From a virus (taxonomy: Duplodnaviria > Caudoviricetes), in IMG/VR virus record IMGVR_UViG_3300017716_001697, positions 128,001 through 192,000 of that record: 64,000 nt of DNA; one strand, 5' to 3'. Position numbers and translations under genes: made by a program. Below are positions 39,044-47,877 of the stretch, one piece after another; the first letter of the stretch is position 1, and every line of letters starts with the position of its first letter. The notes under the pieces are model-generated. The model was not told the DNA's origin. It did no database searches and saw nothing but the letters and a program-made list of their open reading frames with translations.

Positions 39044-39230
39044 AGAAGAAGCCGATGCGATAATCGATAAGTTAAGATATGCACCTATAAAGCCTATCCC
39101 ACCTTACTTGTCATTTTCGCATTTTTCGAACACACCACCGGTAAATCCTATTGCAGGTAATTTGTGGCTCGATACAGTGTCTTATGTGACTAAAATTTAT
39201 AATGGACGCACATGGGTAATATTGTCGTGA
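39033..39230 (+). CDS. small protein, EADxIIDKL family
   Basis: EEEADAIIDKLRYAP. Confidence 0.6.
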   Translation: MTYEEEADAIIDKLRYAPIKPIPPYLSFSHFSNTPPVNPIAGNLWLDTVSYVTKIYNGRTWVILS

Positions 39231-39571
39231 ACACGGTATTAACAGAAGAACAAGAGGCTGACGAAATTGTAAGAAGATTACAAACAGCTGGCAGAATAGA
39301 TAACAATGTCCTTACCGCGGAAATTTATATATACCCGGTAAAGCGCATAAGACAGGTACCGATTTATATCATGAGTGAAGCTGAAGCCGAAGCCGAAGCC
39401 GATAAGATAATTGAAAAATTAAAGGCCCCACCAAAAAAGACATTACGCACATTGGGTAGGGAATGGGGTTTTGAGATAACAGACACTATAGAATACTGCG
39501 TTGACTTCGATGCAGAAAAAGAATTAACAGCTATATTGCAAGAAGAAATTTTAAAGGGAATATTGGAATGA
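39212..39571 (+). CDS. small protein with two EADxIIxKL motifs
   Basis: EQEADEIVRRL and EAEADKIIEKLKAPPKKTL. Confidence 0.65.
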   Translation: MGNIVVNTVLTEEQEADEIVRRLQTAGRIDNNVLTAEIYIYPVKRIRQVPIYIMSEAEAEAEADKIIEKLKAPPKKTLRTLGREWGFEITDTIEYCVDFDAEKELTAILQEEILKGILE

Positions 39572-40746
39572 GAAAACTATTTTATATGGGTCTTGAAAGT
39601 TATGAAGCAAGATACACCTTGCAATTACAAGATTGGAATGAACGTGTATTCAAGCGTCGTGGCATTGAATATGAACTTGTAACAGGTTCAGAATTAACAA
39701 CAGACAAGAAGATTGTGACAGGTAGCGTGCTCGATGCACATGGCCGTACTTATTACAGTATGATGCAGATGGCCAATCTAATTAAACTGATGAAAGAAGG
39801 CAAGGTTACATGTAACGATATTATCTTCTTTGAAGACATGTTTACACCCGGCATCGAATCGCTGCCTTACATTATGGATCAGATTCCTGTAGAATTTAGA
39901 CCACATGTATATGTGCGTTGCCTAGCTCAGAGTATTGACCCAGACGACTTTGTTAATCGCGAAGGCATGCTGCGGTGGATGCGCCCGTTTGAAAAGATGA
40001 TCGACGCATTTGTTGCAGGTATACTTGTAGCAAGTGAAGAAATGGCAGCACACCTGCGTATTGCAGGTTTCAATGCACGGATATTTGTTACCGGACTACC
40101 ATTTGGCAAAGAAGAAGTAGCTGAGCGAATTCCCGATGTTAAACCAATTGCTGATCGCACTCGTAGAGTAGGTTTTGCAGCCCGCTGGGACGACGAAAAA
40201 CAACCCGATTTTTACATGGATTTAGCTGAACATATGTACACTGTTGATCCTAGTATAGAGTTTGCTATATTCTGCGGGCATCCGGAGTTAAAGAGTAACA
40301 ATCCACGTTATGTTGAGAGAGCAAATAGCCTCGTATCTTCTGGTAAGGCAAACTTCAAGATCTATACAGGTTTGAAGAAGAATGATTATTATGCATTGCT
40401 TGCTGATAGTACCGTTTTATTTAACTGTGCGCTGCAAGACTGGGTAAGTAATACAGTTAGCGAAGCTGACACCTTTGGTACACTTACTTTGTATCCTGCA
40501 TATAGAAGCTTTCCCGAAGTGTTTGCCAATAATGCAGCCAACATGTATATTCCGTGGAGCATCAACGATGCTGCATCTAGATTAGCATCGATGTTCGCAA
40601 GACCCACCGAATACACAACAGGTGCAGTTAGCGACTGGCAGAATGGTACAATCGACAGAACGCTAGATGTGTTTGAGGGTAAAGGTGCACAGTGGGCCCG
40701 CAACACAAACGATTACAGAAAATACGTAGCAACAGCAAAATACTAG
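39568..40746 (+). CDS. GT-B fold glycosyltransferase (GT4-like)
   Basis: VGFAARWDDEKQP and NCALQDWVSNTVSEAD...P.YRSFPEV donor-binding domain patterns. Confidence 0.8.
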   Translation: MRKLFYMGLESYEARYTLQLQDWNERVFKRRGIEYELVTGSELTTDKKIVTGSVLDAHGRTYYSMMQMANLIKLMKEGKVTCNDIIFFEDMFTPGIESLPYIMDQIPVEFRPHVYVRCLAQSIDPDDFVNREGMLRWMRPFEKMIDAFVAGILVASEEMAAHLRIAGFNARIFVTGLPFGKEEVAERIPDVKPIADRTRRVGFAARWDDEKQPDFYMDLAEHMYTVDPSIEFAIFCGHPELKSNNPRYVERANSLVSSGKANFKIYTGLKKNDYYALLADSTVLFNCALQDWVSNTVSEADTFGTLTLYPAYRSFPEVFANNAANMYIPWSINDAASRLASMFARPTEYTTGAVSDWQNGTIDRTLDVFEGKGAQWARNTNDYRKYVATAKY

Positions 40747-40753
40747 GAGCAGC

Positions 40754-40912
40754 ATGAAACAACCAGATCCAAAATTACATCAACGAATTAGTTTCGTTAA
40801 GAGCGGTTTAAGAATTTTAGCAGGTGGCGCATTCATTATGAGCACACTGTGGTTAGGCGGAGTCTTAATCATTGTTGCTGAAATTTTAGGTATTGTAGAA
40901 GAATTAGTATAA
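40754..40912 (+). CDS. small membrane protein (52 aa, not in the ORF track)
   Basis: AGGAG RBS; MKQPDPKLHQRISFVKSGLRILAGGAFIMSTLWLGGVLIIVAEILGIVEELV. Confidence 0.75.
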   Translation: MKQPDPKLHQRISFVKSGLRILAGGAFIMSTLWLGGVLIIVAEILGIVEELV

Positions 40913-41049
40913 TGGAGAATACACCAAAACCGTTGCCACCACCAAGCAGGTATGTGTGCGATATGTGCGGTGTATTAGCATCCCCGGATAAGCACAGAAA
41001 TTGGTTCTGTAGATTTTTTAAATGGATAGATAGTAAAGGAAAAATATGA
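40912..41049 (+). CDS. small Zn-finger-like protein (45 aa, not in the ORF track)
   Basis: YVCDMCG...HRNWFC; TAATG and ATGA coupling on both sides. Confidence 0.6.
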   Translation: MENTPKPLPPPSRYVCDMCGVLASPDKHRNWFCRFFKWIDSKGKI

Positions 41050-41852
41050 ACAGAGACGGACATAACAACGTGGCATTTTTTATCGGCCCAGAAGTAGAGA
41101 AGACACCAGCATTCGCTAAACGGACATTGTTTGTTGTAGGTAGACAAGGCAGTGCAGACATTGAAAAACAAGCCCGCGATAATAAGACACCACACATCTT
41201 TATGGGTGCAAATCATTCATTTGACATTGACCCACGCCACCCTGACGACACAGTAAAAGTTTACTGGGACAAGACAATCACAGCATTGCTAGACAAGGGA
41301 TTCTGGGTAACACTAGATTATGAAGCACACCTGCACGAAATGATGCTTACGATGCTAAATCCGGGTATTTGGCAATCTCGCTTATTTGTACCACTGTTAA
41401 GTGTACGTATTCCTAAGATTGAATCTTCTAGCCCTAACTTAACAGTTAAGATTGATGATGTAGATTTTAAAGCGACTAACCCAGGTGTTTGGTGTATGCA
41501 CTTTAAGGAAGTAACTGATAGCAACAGGTTCACTGACTGGAATGAATACGAATCTGATTCAGTTCTTGCAGAAGCGACAGCAGCGGTTGCCACAGTGGCT
41601 AAGGCACCGGCTCCTGTGCCAGCTAAGCCAGTTATTGAGGCACCGGCTCCTGTGAGCACAGTAGCAGTAAATGATACAGAACTGGGACTAGATGTTGTGC
41701 CGACAACAGCATTGAAGCCAGATGTGGTAGAAACAGTTGTAGCAGATGCAATTAAGACTCCGGAAGATGCGGCAGACGCATACGCCGAAGGTGCAAAAGT
41801 TGACCCACTAGGTGCAGAAGCATCTAAGAAGCCAAAGGCTGGTAAGAAATGA
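41046..41852 (+). CDS. uncharacterised enzyme-like protein with an Ala/Pro-rich tail
   Basis: Globular ~170-aa domain (FFIGPEVE, GANHSF, KIDDVDFKATNPGVWC) plus a low-complexity tail. Confidence 0.7.
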   Translation: MNRDGHNNVAFFIGPEVEKTPAFAKRTLFVVGRQGSADIEKQARDNKTPHIFMGANHSFDIDPRHPDDTVKVYWDKTITALLDKGFWVTLDYEAHLHEMMLTMLNPGIWQSRLFVPLLSVRIPKIESSSPNLTVKIDDVDFKATNPGVWCMHFKEVTDSNRFTDWNEYESDSVLAEATAAVATVAKAPAPVPAKPVIEAPAPVSTVAVNDTELGLDVVPTTALKPDVVETVVADAIKTPEDAADAYAEGAKVDPLGAEASKKPKAGKK

Positions 41853-42247
41853 GCAATGTAAAGATGATATGGGTAACTTTCCAGAAAGAAGGTATCCATA
41901 AATATCCGGCCGCATTAACTGACCCAAATCTAAATAAGGGTACAGGCGGGCCTGATAGTTGGCTTGATGTTAGCTTTCTGGGCTATCCACATAGACACAT
42001 GTTTAAATTTAAAGTGTGGATAGCAGTTACGCACGATGATCGTGATATTGAATTTATTCAGTTTAAACGGTGGCTTGAGAATTTATATACACAGTCTATT
42101 CTTGAGTTAGATTATAAGAGCTGTGAAATGATGAGTAACGACTTGTATGATGCAATATCTAAAGAATATCCTAACAGGGAAATTTGGATTGAAGTATCCG
42201 AAGACGGAGAAAATGGTTCATACACAGAGTATAGCACCGGTATTTGA
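41849..42247 (+). CDS. T-fold (QueD/PTPS-like) protein
   Basis: EGIHKYP...HRHMFKFKV...RDIEF..FK...SCEMM...EVSEDGENG resembles the 6-pyruvoyltetrahydropterin synthase fold. Confidence 0.6.
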   Translation: MSNVKMIWVTFQKEGIHKYPAALTDPNLNKGTGGPDSWLDVSFLGYPHRHMFKFKVWIAVTHDDRDIEFIQFKRWLENLYTQSILELDYKSCEMMSNDLYDAISKEYPNREIWIEVSEDGENGSYTEYSTGI

Positions 42248-42428
42248 TCCTAGATACAAGGCCGTGGTATTTGTTCCACCCAGTGATACTCCGTATTATG
42301 AAAGAGTAGACTGGGTGAGCAATAATACGTCGACTCGCATGGTGGATGTTAAATTCGAAAATCACGGAATGTATATAGCATTTGAAGACGAAAACGATGC
42401 ACTAATTTTTAAGATAAAATTCCTATGA
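42213..42428 (+). CDS. small protein, FxxxxDAxxFxLxW family
   Basis: IAFEDENDALIFKIKFL. Confidence 0.7.
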   Translation: MVHTQSIAPVFDPRYKAVVFVPPSDTPYYERVDWVSNNTSTRMVDVKFENHGMYIAFEDENDALIFKIKFL

Positions 42429-42673
42429 CACTAAGAACACTAAAGACATCATTCTGTAAAGAAACACAGGATTGGTCGGAGGCTTACCGCAATATGTGTG
42501 TTAGCGAAGTTATACCAGTGATGGATATAGAGGACAGGTTACGTGTTGTAGAAGAGCGACTACTTATAGTAAATCCACCGGCTGGCAAATTTACTATGTA
42601 TCCTGCATTAGCAGAAGCATATAAAGAGTACAAACTAATAGAAAAACTAACATTAGGAAATAATGAAACATAA
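42425..42673 (+). CDS. hypothetical protein (YPALAEAYKEY..KL motif)
   Basis: Motif shared with 1877 and 57195. Confidence 0.7.
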   Translation: MTLRTLKTSFCKETQDWSEAYRNMCVSEVIPVMDIEDRLRVVEERLLIVNPPAGKFTMYPALAEAYKEYKLIEKLTLGNNET

Positions 42674-43631
42674 TATTCTAATCACAGGTGGTAGTGGGTT
42701 CGTAGGATCACAGGTAGCATCGGCATTGACTGATGAAGGACACACAATTACCATTGTAGATCGTGTCGATAAGAAACCGGGTGTCCCCGGTAATATTATT
42801 GTACGTGATTATCAAGAATTCTTTGCGCATAACAGAATACAGTATGATACAGTCATTCATTTAGCAGCCGAGCACCTAGTAGAACAGAGTGTGTCTGAAC
42901 CTGCAAAATATTACGTAAATAACGTGGTAAAAATGAAGGAAATGCTTGATTCTATGGTAGCTACTGGCATCAAGAATATTATGTTCAGCTCTAGCGGTAA
43001 TGTGTATGGCCGCCAAGGTGCTGCAGGATTCCCACTAAAAGAAGACATGTATTACGATCCCGAAAATGCATATGCATCTACTAAAGTTGCAGGCGAAATG
43101 TTAATTAAAGACTATTCGCGTGCATATGGATTAAACTATGTAAACTTTAGATACTTCAATGCAGCAGGTGCAGATCCATTATGCAGGTTTGGATATACCC
43201 AGCGCCCTGCAACCCATGTTATTCCTATCTTGTGCAATAAGATAATGAATAAACAGCCATTTACAATCTTCGGTGACGATTATCACACATTCGATCATAC
43301 GTGTGTTCGTGATTACGTAAACGTCTTTGACTTAGCTCAAGCACATGTTCTTGCCATTGATTTTCTAAACCGTGGCGGCAAAAATGAAACATTTAATGTA
43401 GGAGCCGGCAGTGGCGGTGTAAGTGTAAAGCAATTGGTAGATTGTGCAGGATTTGTATTAGGTGTTACGCCTGTAGTAGAATATGCACCACGCCGCGCCG
43501 GCGATCCAGCGATACTAATAGCAGATATTTCAAAAGCAGAGAAATTGCTTGGATGGAAACCACGATACACAATTAGTGATTCTATTAGACATGCATGGGC
43601 CTGGGAACATAAATTTGGAGGCACACCGTGA
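42663..43631 (+). CDS. galE: UDP-glucose 4-epimerase-like SDR
   Basis: GGSGFVG, HLAA, FSSS, YASTK, FRYFNAAGA, CVRDY. Confidence 0.93.
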   Translation: MKHNILITGGSGFVGSQVASALTDEGHTITIVDRVDKKPGVPGNIIVRDYQEFFAHNRIQYDTVIHLAAEHLVEQSVSEPAKYYVNNVVKMKEMLDSMVATGIKNIMFSSSGNVYGRQGAAGFPLKEDMYYDPENAYASTKVAGEMLIKDYSRAYGLNYVNFRYFNAAGADPLCRFGYTQRPATHVIPILCNKIMNKQPFTIFGDDYHTFDHTCVRDYVNVFDLAQAHVLAIDFLNRGGKNETFNVGAGSGGVSVKQLVDCAGFVLGVTPVVEYAPRRAGDPAILIADISKAEKLLGWKPRYTISDSIRHAWAWEHKFGGTP

Positions 43632-44161
43632 GCATATTTAACGGAAAGTTAACGGCCGCAGCCAGTGCTCCGGTCTATACGACAACAGCCAACACTATGG
43701 CTACCACTTTATACGGTGCTGGTGGCGGCGGAAGCTACATTACAGGTGCTGGTGGCTCAGCGAGTAACTTTACAGGAAATATCGGTACTGTCGGGACCGC
43801 TGGCCAATATATGATCTCAAACGGTACTACCGCGGCGTGGGCCAATAGCAATTATAGAGTATCGCCACTAGTGATTCATGGCAAAGATAATAAGGAGATC
43901 GTCCGGCTAAACGATGACGGCACCGTCACGTGGGCTAATGATATTGATGTCGACGAGGCCGCATTTGCGCTGGGACAATCACTGACACTTAACGTAGAAA
44001 ATTCAGCAGGCTTAACATATGCTGTAAAACAGCGTATGCGTGATACAGTGTTTGAAGAAATGATTTCTATGGCGAAAGAAAAGGGTGGCCTTACAGCCGA
44101 CGACTTGACTTATCTACATCAGGCTGCTAAAATAATGGACAAGCTCAAGGGCAAAGAATGA
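43628..44161 (+). CDS. hypothetical protein with low-complexity N-terminus
   Basis: GTGA overlap; G/T/A-rich N-half. Confidence 0.7.
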   Translation: MSIFNGKLTAAASAPVYTTTANTMATTLYGAGGGGSYITGAGGSASNFTGNIGTVGTAGQYMISNGTTAAWANSNYRVSPLVIHGKDNKEIVRLNDDGTVTWANDIDVDEAAFALGQSLTLNVENSAGLTYAVKQRMRDTVFEEMISMAKEKGGLTADDLTYLHQAAKIMDKLKGKE

Positions 44162-44364
44162 TAGACAAATTAATATCTGTAAATAGTAGATGGATAGATA
44201 ATGATACCGAACGTGCTACCCGTTGCATTATCGTGCGAGAGATTATATCCGAAGATGGCGAGCTATGGATAAAGTATAGTTCTCATGCACAAGATACTAT
44301 CTACGGTAGTACATACGATGCATTTCTTAAAAGATTCAAACAGGCAGGCAACAATGAAATTTAA
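44158..44364 (+). CDS. hypothetical protein
   Basis: Coupled ORF. Confidence 0.6.
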   Translation: MIDKLISVNSRWIDNDTERATRCIIVREIISEDGELWIKYSSHAQDTIYGSTYDAFLKRFKQAGNNEI

Positions 44365-44387
44365 TCAAACACAGTTAGAGGCCAAAA

Positions 44388-44591
44388 ATGTTAAAAGATA
44401 GACGAGTCCTTATCGAGCAGGAAATTAAAAAAGCTCACAATCAGGCAGCTAATATGTATCTAGATATTGTTGTCAGTGGTACCGATGATGATGCACACAG
44501 TCCAGAATACCAAGCGTTAAAGGATAAAATCATAAGTTTGCAGGTTGACCTTGATGTAATCAATACGCTAATCTCCAAAGGTTACGAATGA
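44388..44591 (+). CDS. hypothetical protein
   Basis: GAGG RBS. Confidence 0.65.
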   Translation: MLKDRRVLIEQEIKKAHNQAANMYLDIVVSGTDDDAHSPEYQALKDKIISLQVDLDVINTLISKGYE

Positions 44592-44845
44592 ACGAGGAAA
44601 CAATTAAAGATCTAGCCATGCAAGCTGGATTCACGGTAACCCGAAATATGCAAGGACCGGTTGATGTTATAGAAGGTCGTGCAGTAGAAGCACGATCAGA
44701 ATGGGTACAAAACATGACATTAGCCCGATTTGTACAATACAGGTCACGATTTACACACTTTACTTTCTATACAATGGCCGCCGGCGTAGATTATACTTTC
44801 GTCCGTTCTGCTATGTTTACCCCTTGCCAAACGGAGACACAATGA
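44588..44845 (+). CDS. hypothetical protein (MNE..I..LA..A start)
   Basis: N-terminus resembles the MNERI family. Confidence 0.6.
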   Translation: MNEETIKDLAMQAGFTVTRNMQGPVDVIEGRAVEARSEWVQNMTLARFVQYRSRFTHFTFYTMAAGVDYTFVRSAMFTPCQTETQ

Positions 44846-45003
44846 TTCTAACATACGAAGAATGGATTAAGAATCACACAATAACGGTGAACCAAGAATT
44901 GTGTGATGATATGAAAAGATTACTAGGTATTGATGCCATGGCTGAAGCCGAAAGAGCACTGCGTCACGAATACCAGCTATACTTGGAACAACAAAATGTT
45001 TAA
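44842..45003 (+). CDS. hypothetical protein
   Basis: GGAG RBS before ATG 44842. Confidence 0.6.
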   Translation: MILTYEEWIKNHTITVNQELCDDMKRLLGIDAMAEAERALRHEYQLYLEQQNV

Positions 45004-45193
45004 ACCTGATCCAAAATTTGGCTGGCATATATATTGGATTGCCCCATTGTTAATAATCGGTGGCATAATCGGCAAGCCATTACACTATCTTGAAAAACGT
45101 AGGCAACGTAAGCATATGGAAAAGATTATGCAGGATCCGGAGATTGTTGAATTGGCTAGACTCGCAGGATTAGTTGAACGTAAACGAAAATAA
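44996..45193 (+). CDS. small membrane protein
   Basis: One hydrophobic segment (IYWIAPLLIIGGIIG). Confidence 0.6.
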   Translation: MFKPDPKFGWHIYWIAPLLIIGGIIGKPLHYLEKRRQRKHMEKIMQDPEIVELARLAGLVERKRK

Positions 45194-45202
45194 TGCTATA
45201 AT
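45174..45202 (+). promoter_or_regulatory. sigma70-type promoter, probable leaderless transcript
   Basis: TTGAAC-N17-TATAAT, 5 nt before ATG 45208. Confidence 0.65.
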
Positions 45203-45207
45203 ATAAT

Positions 45208-45423
45208 ATGAATGAACGAATTGAAGAACTCGCCAGACATGCATTTGTGGCAGGTCTAGATACAGACCCAATTCTGTATTACGAAATAGAAAAATTTGCC
45301 GAATTACTCATTAAAGAATGCGCTTTTCAAGCATGTAATGATTTCGGCAGCGGCGGACAGTTCTATGAGGGTGCTAAGTTTGCAGCAACCCAGATTAAAG
45401 AACACTTCGGAATTAAGGAATAA
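45208..45423 (+). CDS. small protein, MNERI...KFAELxIxEC...HFGIKE family
   Basis: Direct motif match to 46860, 60732 and 61186. Confidence 0.75.
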   Translation: MNERIEELARHAFVAGLDTDPILYYEIEKFAELLIKECAFQACNDFGSGGQFYEGAKFAATQIKEHFGIKE

Positions 45424-45576
45424 CAATGAACAATATTAATCAGCCTTGGCGCCTGTTGCCAAATCATATTAAACAGTGGGTTAGAGATAATGGATATGTT
45501 ATCCACGAATCCAGCAGTGGCGCAACGTATTACCCAGAGTGGCGCTGTGAATATATAAAATCAGTGGAGAATTAAA

Positions 45577-46467
45577 TTGTTTGGAACTAACGAAATTATC
45601 GGTAAGAAGTATTTTAAAGACGCACCAAAGGACAGCTTGTTTGTTACAAGCATGTTCTTCACGCTCCAGGGCGAAGGCCCCTATGCCGGTATGCCTGCAT
45701 TGTTCATCCGCCTAGCAAAGTGTAATCTGACTTGTTCATTCTGTGACACCTTCTTTGATGACGGCGAGTGGATGACGTTTGACCAAATTGACAATAAAAT
45801 GTTCGACACCATCCGTGAGTATTGGGTCAATCAGGGCAAAGAGGTACCTGAATGGGCTATTCCTAGATTCGACCGGCCCCAACCTAGGTTCAGCTTTCCG
45901 AATATTGTGCTGGTGATGACGGGCGGCGAACCGTTGTTGCAAGAAAACATCACGTCATTCATGCATGACCAACTAAAGACCTTCAAGGCAGTCCAAGTTG
46001 AAAGCAACGGTATCCCTGACACAGAAGTGCCATATGGTGTTACTCTCGTCTGTAGCCCAAAGTGTCTGGAAAAAGATGGCAAGGCAGTAAAGTATCTGGC
46101 GCCATCTAAGACTATCCTTCAACGTGCGGACTGTCTGAAATTTGTGATGACCGCAGAAGAAGGCAATCCATACCACACCGTACCTGATTGGGCACTTGAT
46201 TGGAAGTTTAATACTGGTCGAGAAATCTATTGCTCTCCGATGAATGTGTACAATGACTTTCCACAACAGATTAAATTGTTACGTGCTGAAAAGGGCGTAA
46301 TCACAATGGCAGAGCGCAGCACAGTTGATGAGGTTATCTCGTGGTGGGAAAAGGATTTGCTTAACATGCCAAAGAATGAAGATAATCATAAGTACGTCGG
46401 TCAATATTGTATGCAACACGGTCTGCGCATGCAGATGCAAATGCACCTTTTTGCGAGTTTAGCATGA
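45577..46467 (+). CDS. queE: 7-carboxy-7-deazaguanine synthase (radical SAM)
   Basis: FFTLQGEG...G.PA.FIRLAKCNLTCSFCDT, TGGEP, ESNG, CSPK, QMHLF; TTG start after GGAG. Confidence 0.92.
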   Translation: MFGTNEIIGKKYFKDAPKDSLFVTSMFFTLQGEGPYAGMPALFIRLAKCNLTCSFCDTFFDDGEWMTFDQIDNKMFDTIREYWVNQGKEVPEWAIPRFDRPQPRFSFPNIVLVMTGGEPLLQENITSFMHDQLKTFKAVQVESNGIPDTEVPYGVTLVCSPKCLEKDGKAVKYLAPSKTILQRADCLKFVMTAEEGNPYHTVPDWALDWKFNTGREIYCSPMNVYNDFPQQIKLLRAEKGVITMAERSTVDEVISWWEKDLLNMPKNEDNHKYVGQYCMQHGLRMQMQMHLFASLA

Positions 46468-46703
46468 AACTTAATTATACATACGGCCCCGGTACACTAA
46501 CAATTACTAAAATTTTTGAGCCGGGTGAAAAATATATCAGTGCTTATCTATGGGATCGTAAAGATGGCCGAGCAACCAAAGAGTTGGTCGAAAGTATGCT
46601 GCCAGGGTGTAAATTTGTAGGTGTACAACACGGCAGAGTGGCTAGCCCTATAACACTTGCACCTACGTCATGGACTAAGGTATTAGTTGAACGGACGGAG
46701 TAG
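46464..46703 (+). CDS. hypothetical protein
   Basis: ATGA overlap. Confidence 0.55.
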   Translation: MKLNYTYGPGTLTITKIFEPGEKYISAYLWDRKDGRATKELVESMLPGCKFVGVQHGRVASPITLAPTSWTKVLVERTE

Positions 46704-46859
46704 AAGTATGAAATCAAGAATCTACGGACACTTTGGGTCTTATAGCGCAGCATACGAAGCAGTTGGTGAGAAGTTTAAGGAAAGTAGAAACTTTTCTATT
46801 CAGCGCAGCACTGACTATCGTATGTATCCTTATGTGTTAATCTATTACGGAAATTTTGT

Positions 46860-47051
46860 ATGAACGAACGACTTGCAGAACTTATTGAAAAGGCAGATAG
46901 TAAATTTGTGCGTAGAGGCGTACATCTAGTCGAGGTCGTTGATCAGGAAAAATTTGCCGAGACACTCATTCACGAATGTTTGCAGCATCTAACCAACATC
47001 GGTCAGGATTATGCCCGCGAACAATTAGAGAAACACTTTGGAATAAAATAA
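46860..47051 (+). CDS. small protein, MNERI family
   Basis: MNERLAELI...EKFAETLIHEC...HFGIK. Confidence 0.75.
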   Translation: MNERLAELIEKADSKFVRRGVHLVEVVDQEKFAETLIHECLQHLTNIGQDYAREQLEKHFGIK

Positions 47052-47242
47052 TGGAACCTGATGCTAAAGACGAAAAGATATTTGAACTACAAGAAGAAAA
47101 CAGATATCTCCGTGGTCAGATAACTTATCTACAAGAACAGCTATCGAGCGCAGAAGACGAGATGGATAGAAAGGTTTTACGATTAGAAGATAAGATTGCA
47201 GACCTAGAAGAACGCCTAGGAGACGCATTATATGGAAGCTAA
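47051..47242 (+). CDS. small coiled-coil protein
   Basis: Heptad pattern; TAATG coupling. Confidence 0.65.
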   Translation: MEPDAKDEKIFELQEENRYLRGQITYLQEQLSSAEDEMDRKVLRLEDKIADLEERLGDALYGS

Positions 47243-47247
47243 GGTTA

Positions 47248-47463
47248 ATGTTAAAATACGATCTAGTTGAATGGATAAATGTAATACAACCAGAAATATT
47301 GCGACAGGGTTACACCGATATTCCTAATTGCAAATGCGCTAAAATTGCAGGTAACTTCGAACGTGAATTCCACGTAGAGTTCTTATCGCAAGAAGATGAA
47401 GTTTGTTTTGTCTTATTGTTTGGTCGTGGAGTAACAATGGTAAGAACAGATGAAGTTCTATAA
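47248..47463 (+). CDS. small protein, FxxxxDAxxFxLxW family
   Basis: VEFLSQEDEVCFVLLFG. Confidence 0.65.
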   Translation: MLKYDLVEWINVIQPEILRQGYTDIPNCKCAKIAGNFEREFHVEFLSQEDEVCFVLLFGRGVTMVRTDEVL

Positions 47464-47665
47464 TAAAAATCCTAAGTTACGCGATACGTGGGTTAAGGTA
47501 AAATTCCGATTGCCCTGGCCATTCGTACTTAAAGATGACATGAAGTCGTGGGCTCAACGCCATCCCAGCACAGGCAGATTCTACGGTAAATATAATAGTT
47601 GGCAATTCGAAAACGAGGCTGATGCATTGCTTTTCAAACTTAGATGGGGTTATAATACAGCATGA
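47450..47665 (+). CDS. small protein, FxxxxDAxxFxLxW family
   Basis: WQFENEADALLFKLRWG. Confidence 0.75.
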   Translation: MKFYNKNPKLRDTWVKVKFRLPWPFVLKDDMKSWAQRHPSTGRFYGKYNSWQFENEADALLFKLRWGYNTA

Positions 47666-47877
47666 GCTATCCAGATGAATTTATACACCGAGTTTACAAA
47701 ACTCAGGCTCGAGTTTTATTTAGTATACCAAAACGTCTCGATGAGATTGTTAAATCAGAACCGGATTCTTACATAGACGTTATATACGAAAATCTGAGAC
47801 CAATAATTGTGATTGTCTTTCCTACACAAGAAGACTGTCTAGCTTTTACACTTAAAAATGGAAACAAATATGTTTAA
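47662..47877 (+). CDS. small protein, FxxxxDAxxFxLxW family
   Basis: IVFPTQEDCLAFTLKNG. Confidence 0.7.
   Translation: MSYPDEFIHRVYKTQARVLFSIPKRLDEIVKSEPDSYIDVIYENLRPIIVIVFPTQEDCLAFTLKNGNKYV

Noticed and set aside
41318-41899. 193-aa minus-strand ORF
   Set aside because: Antisense to the low-complexity tail of 41046; no independent signals
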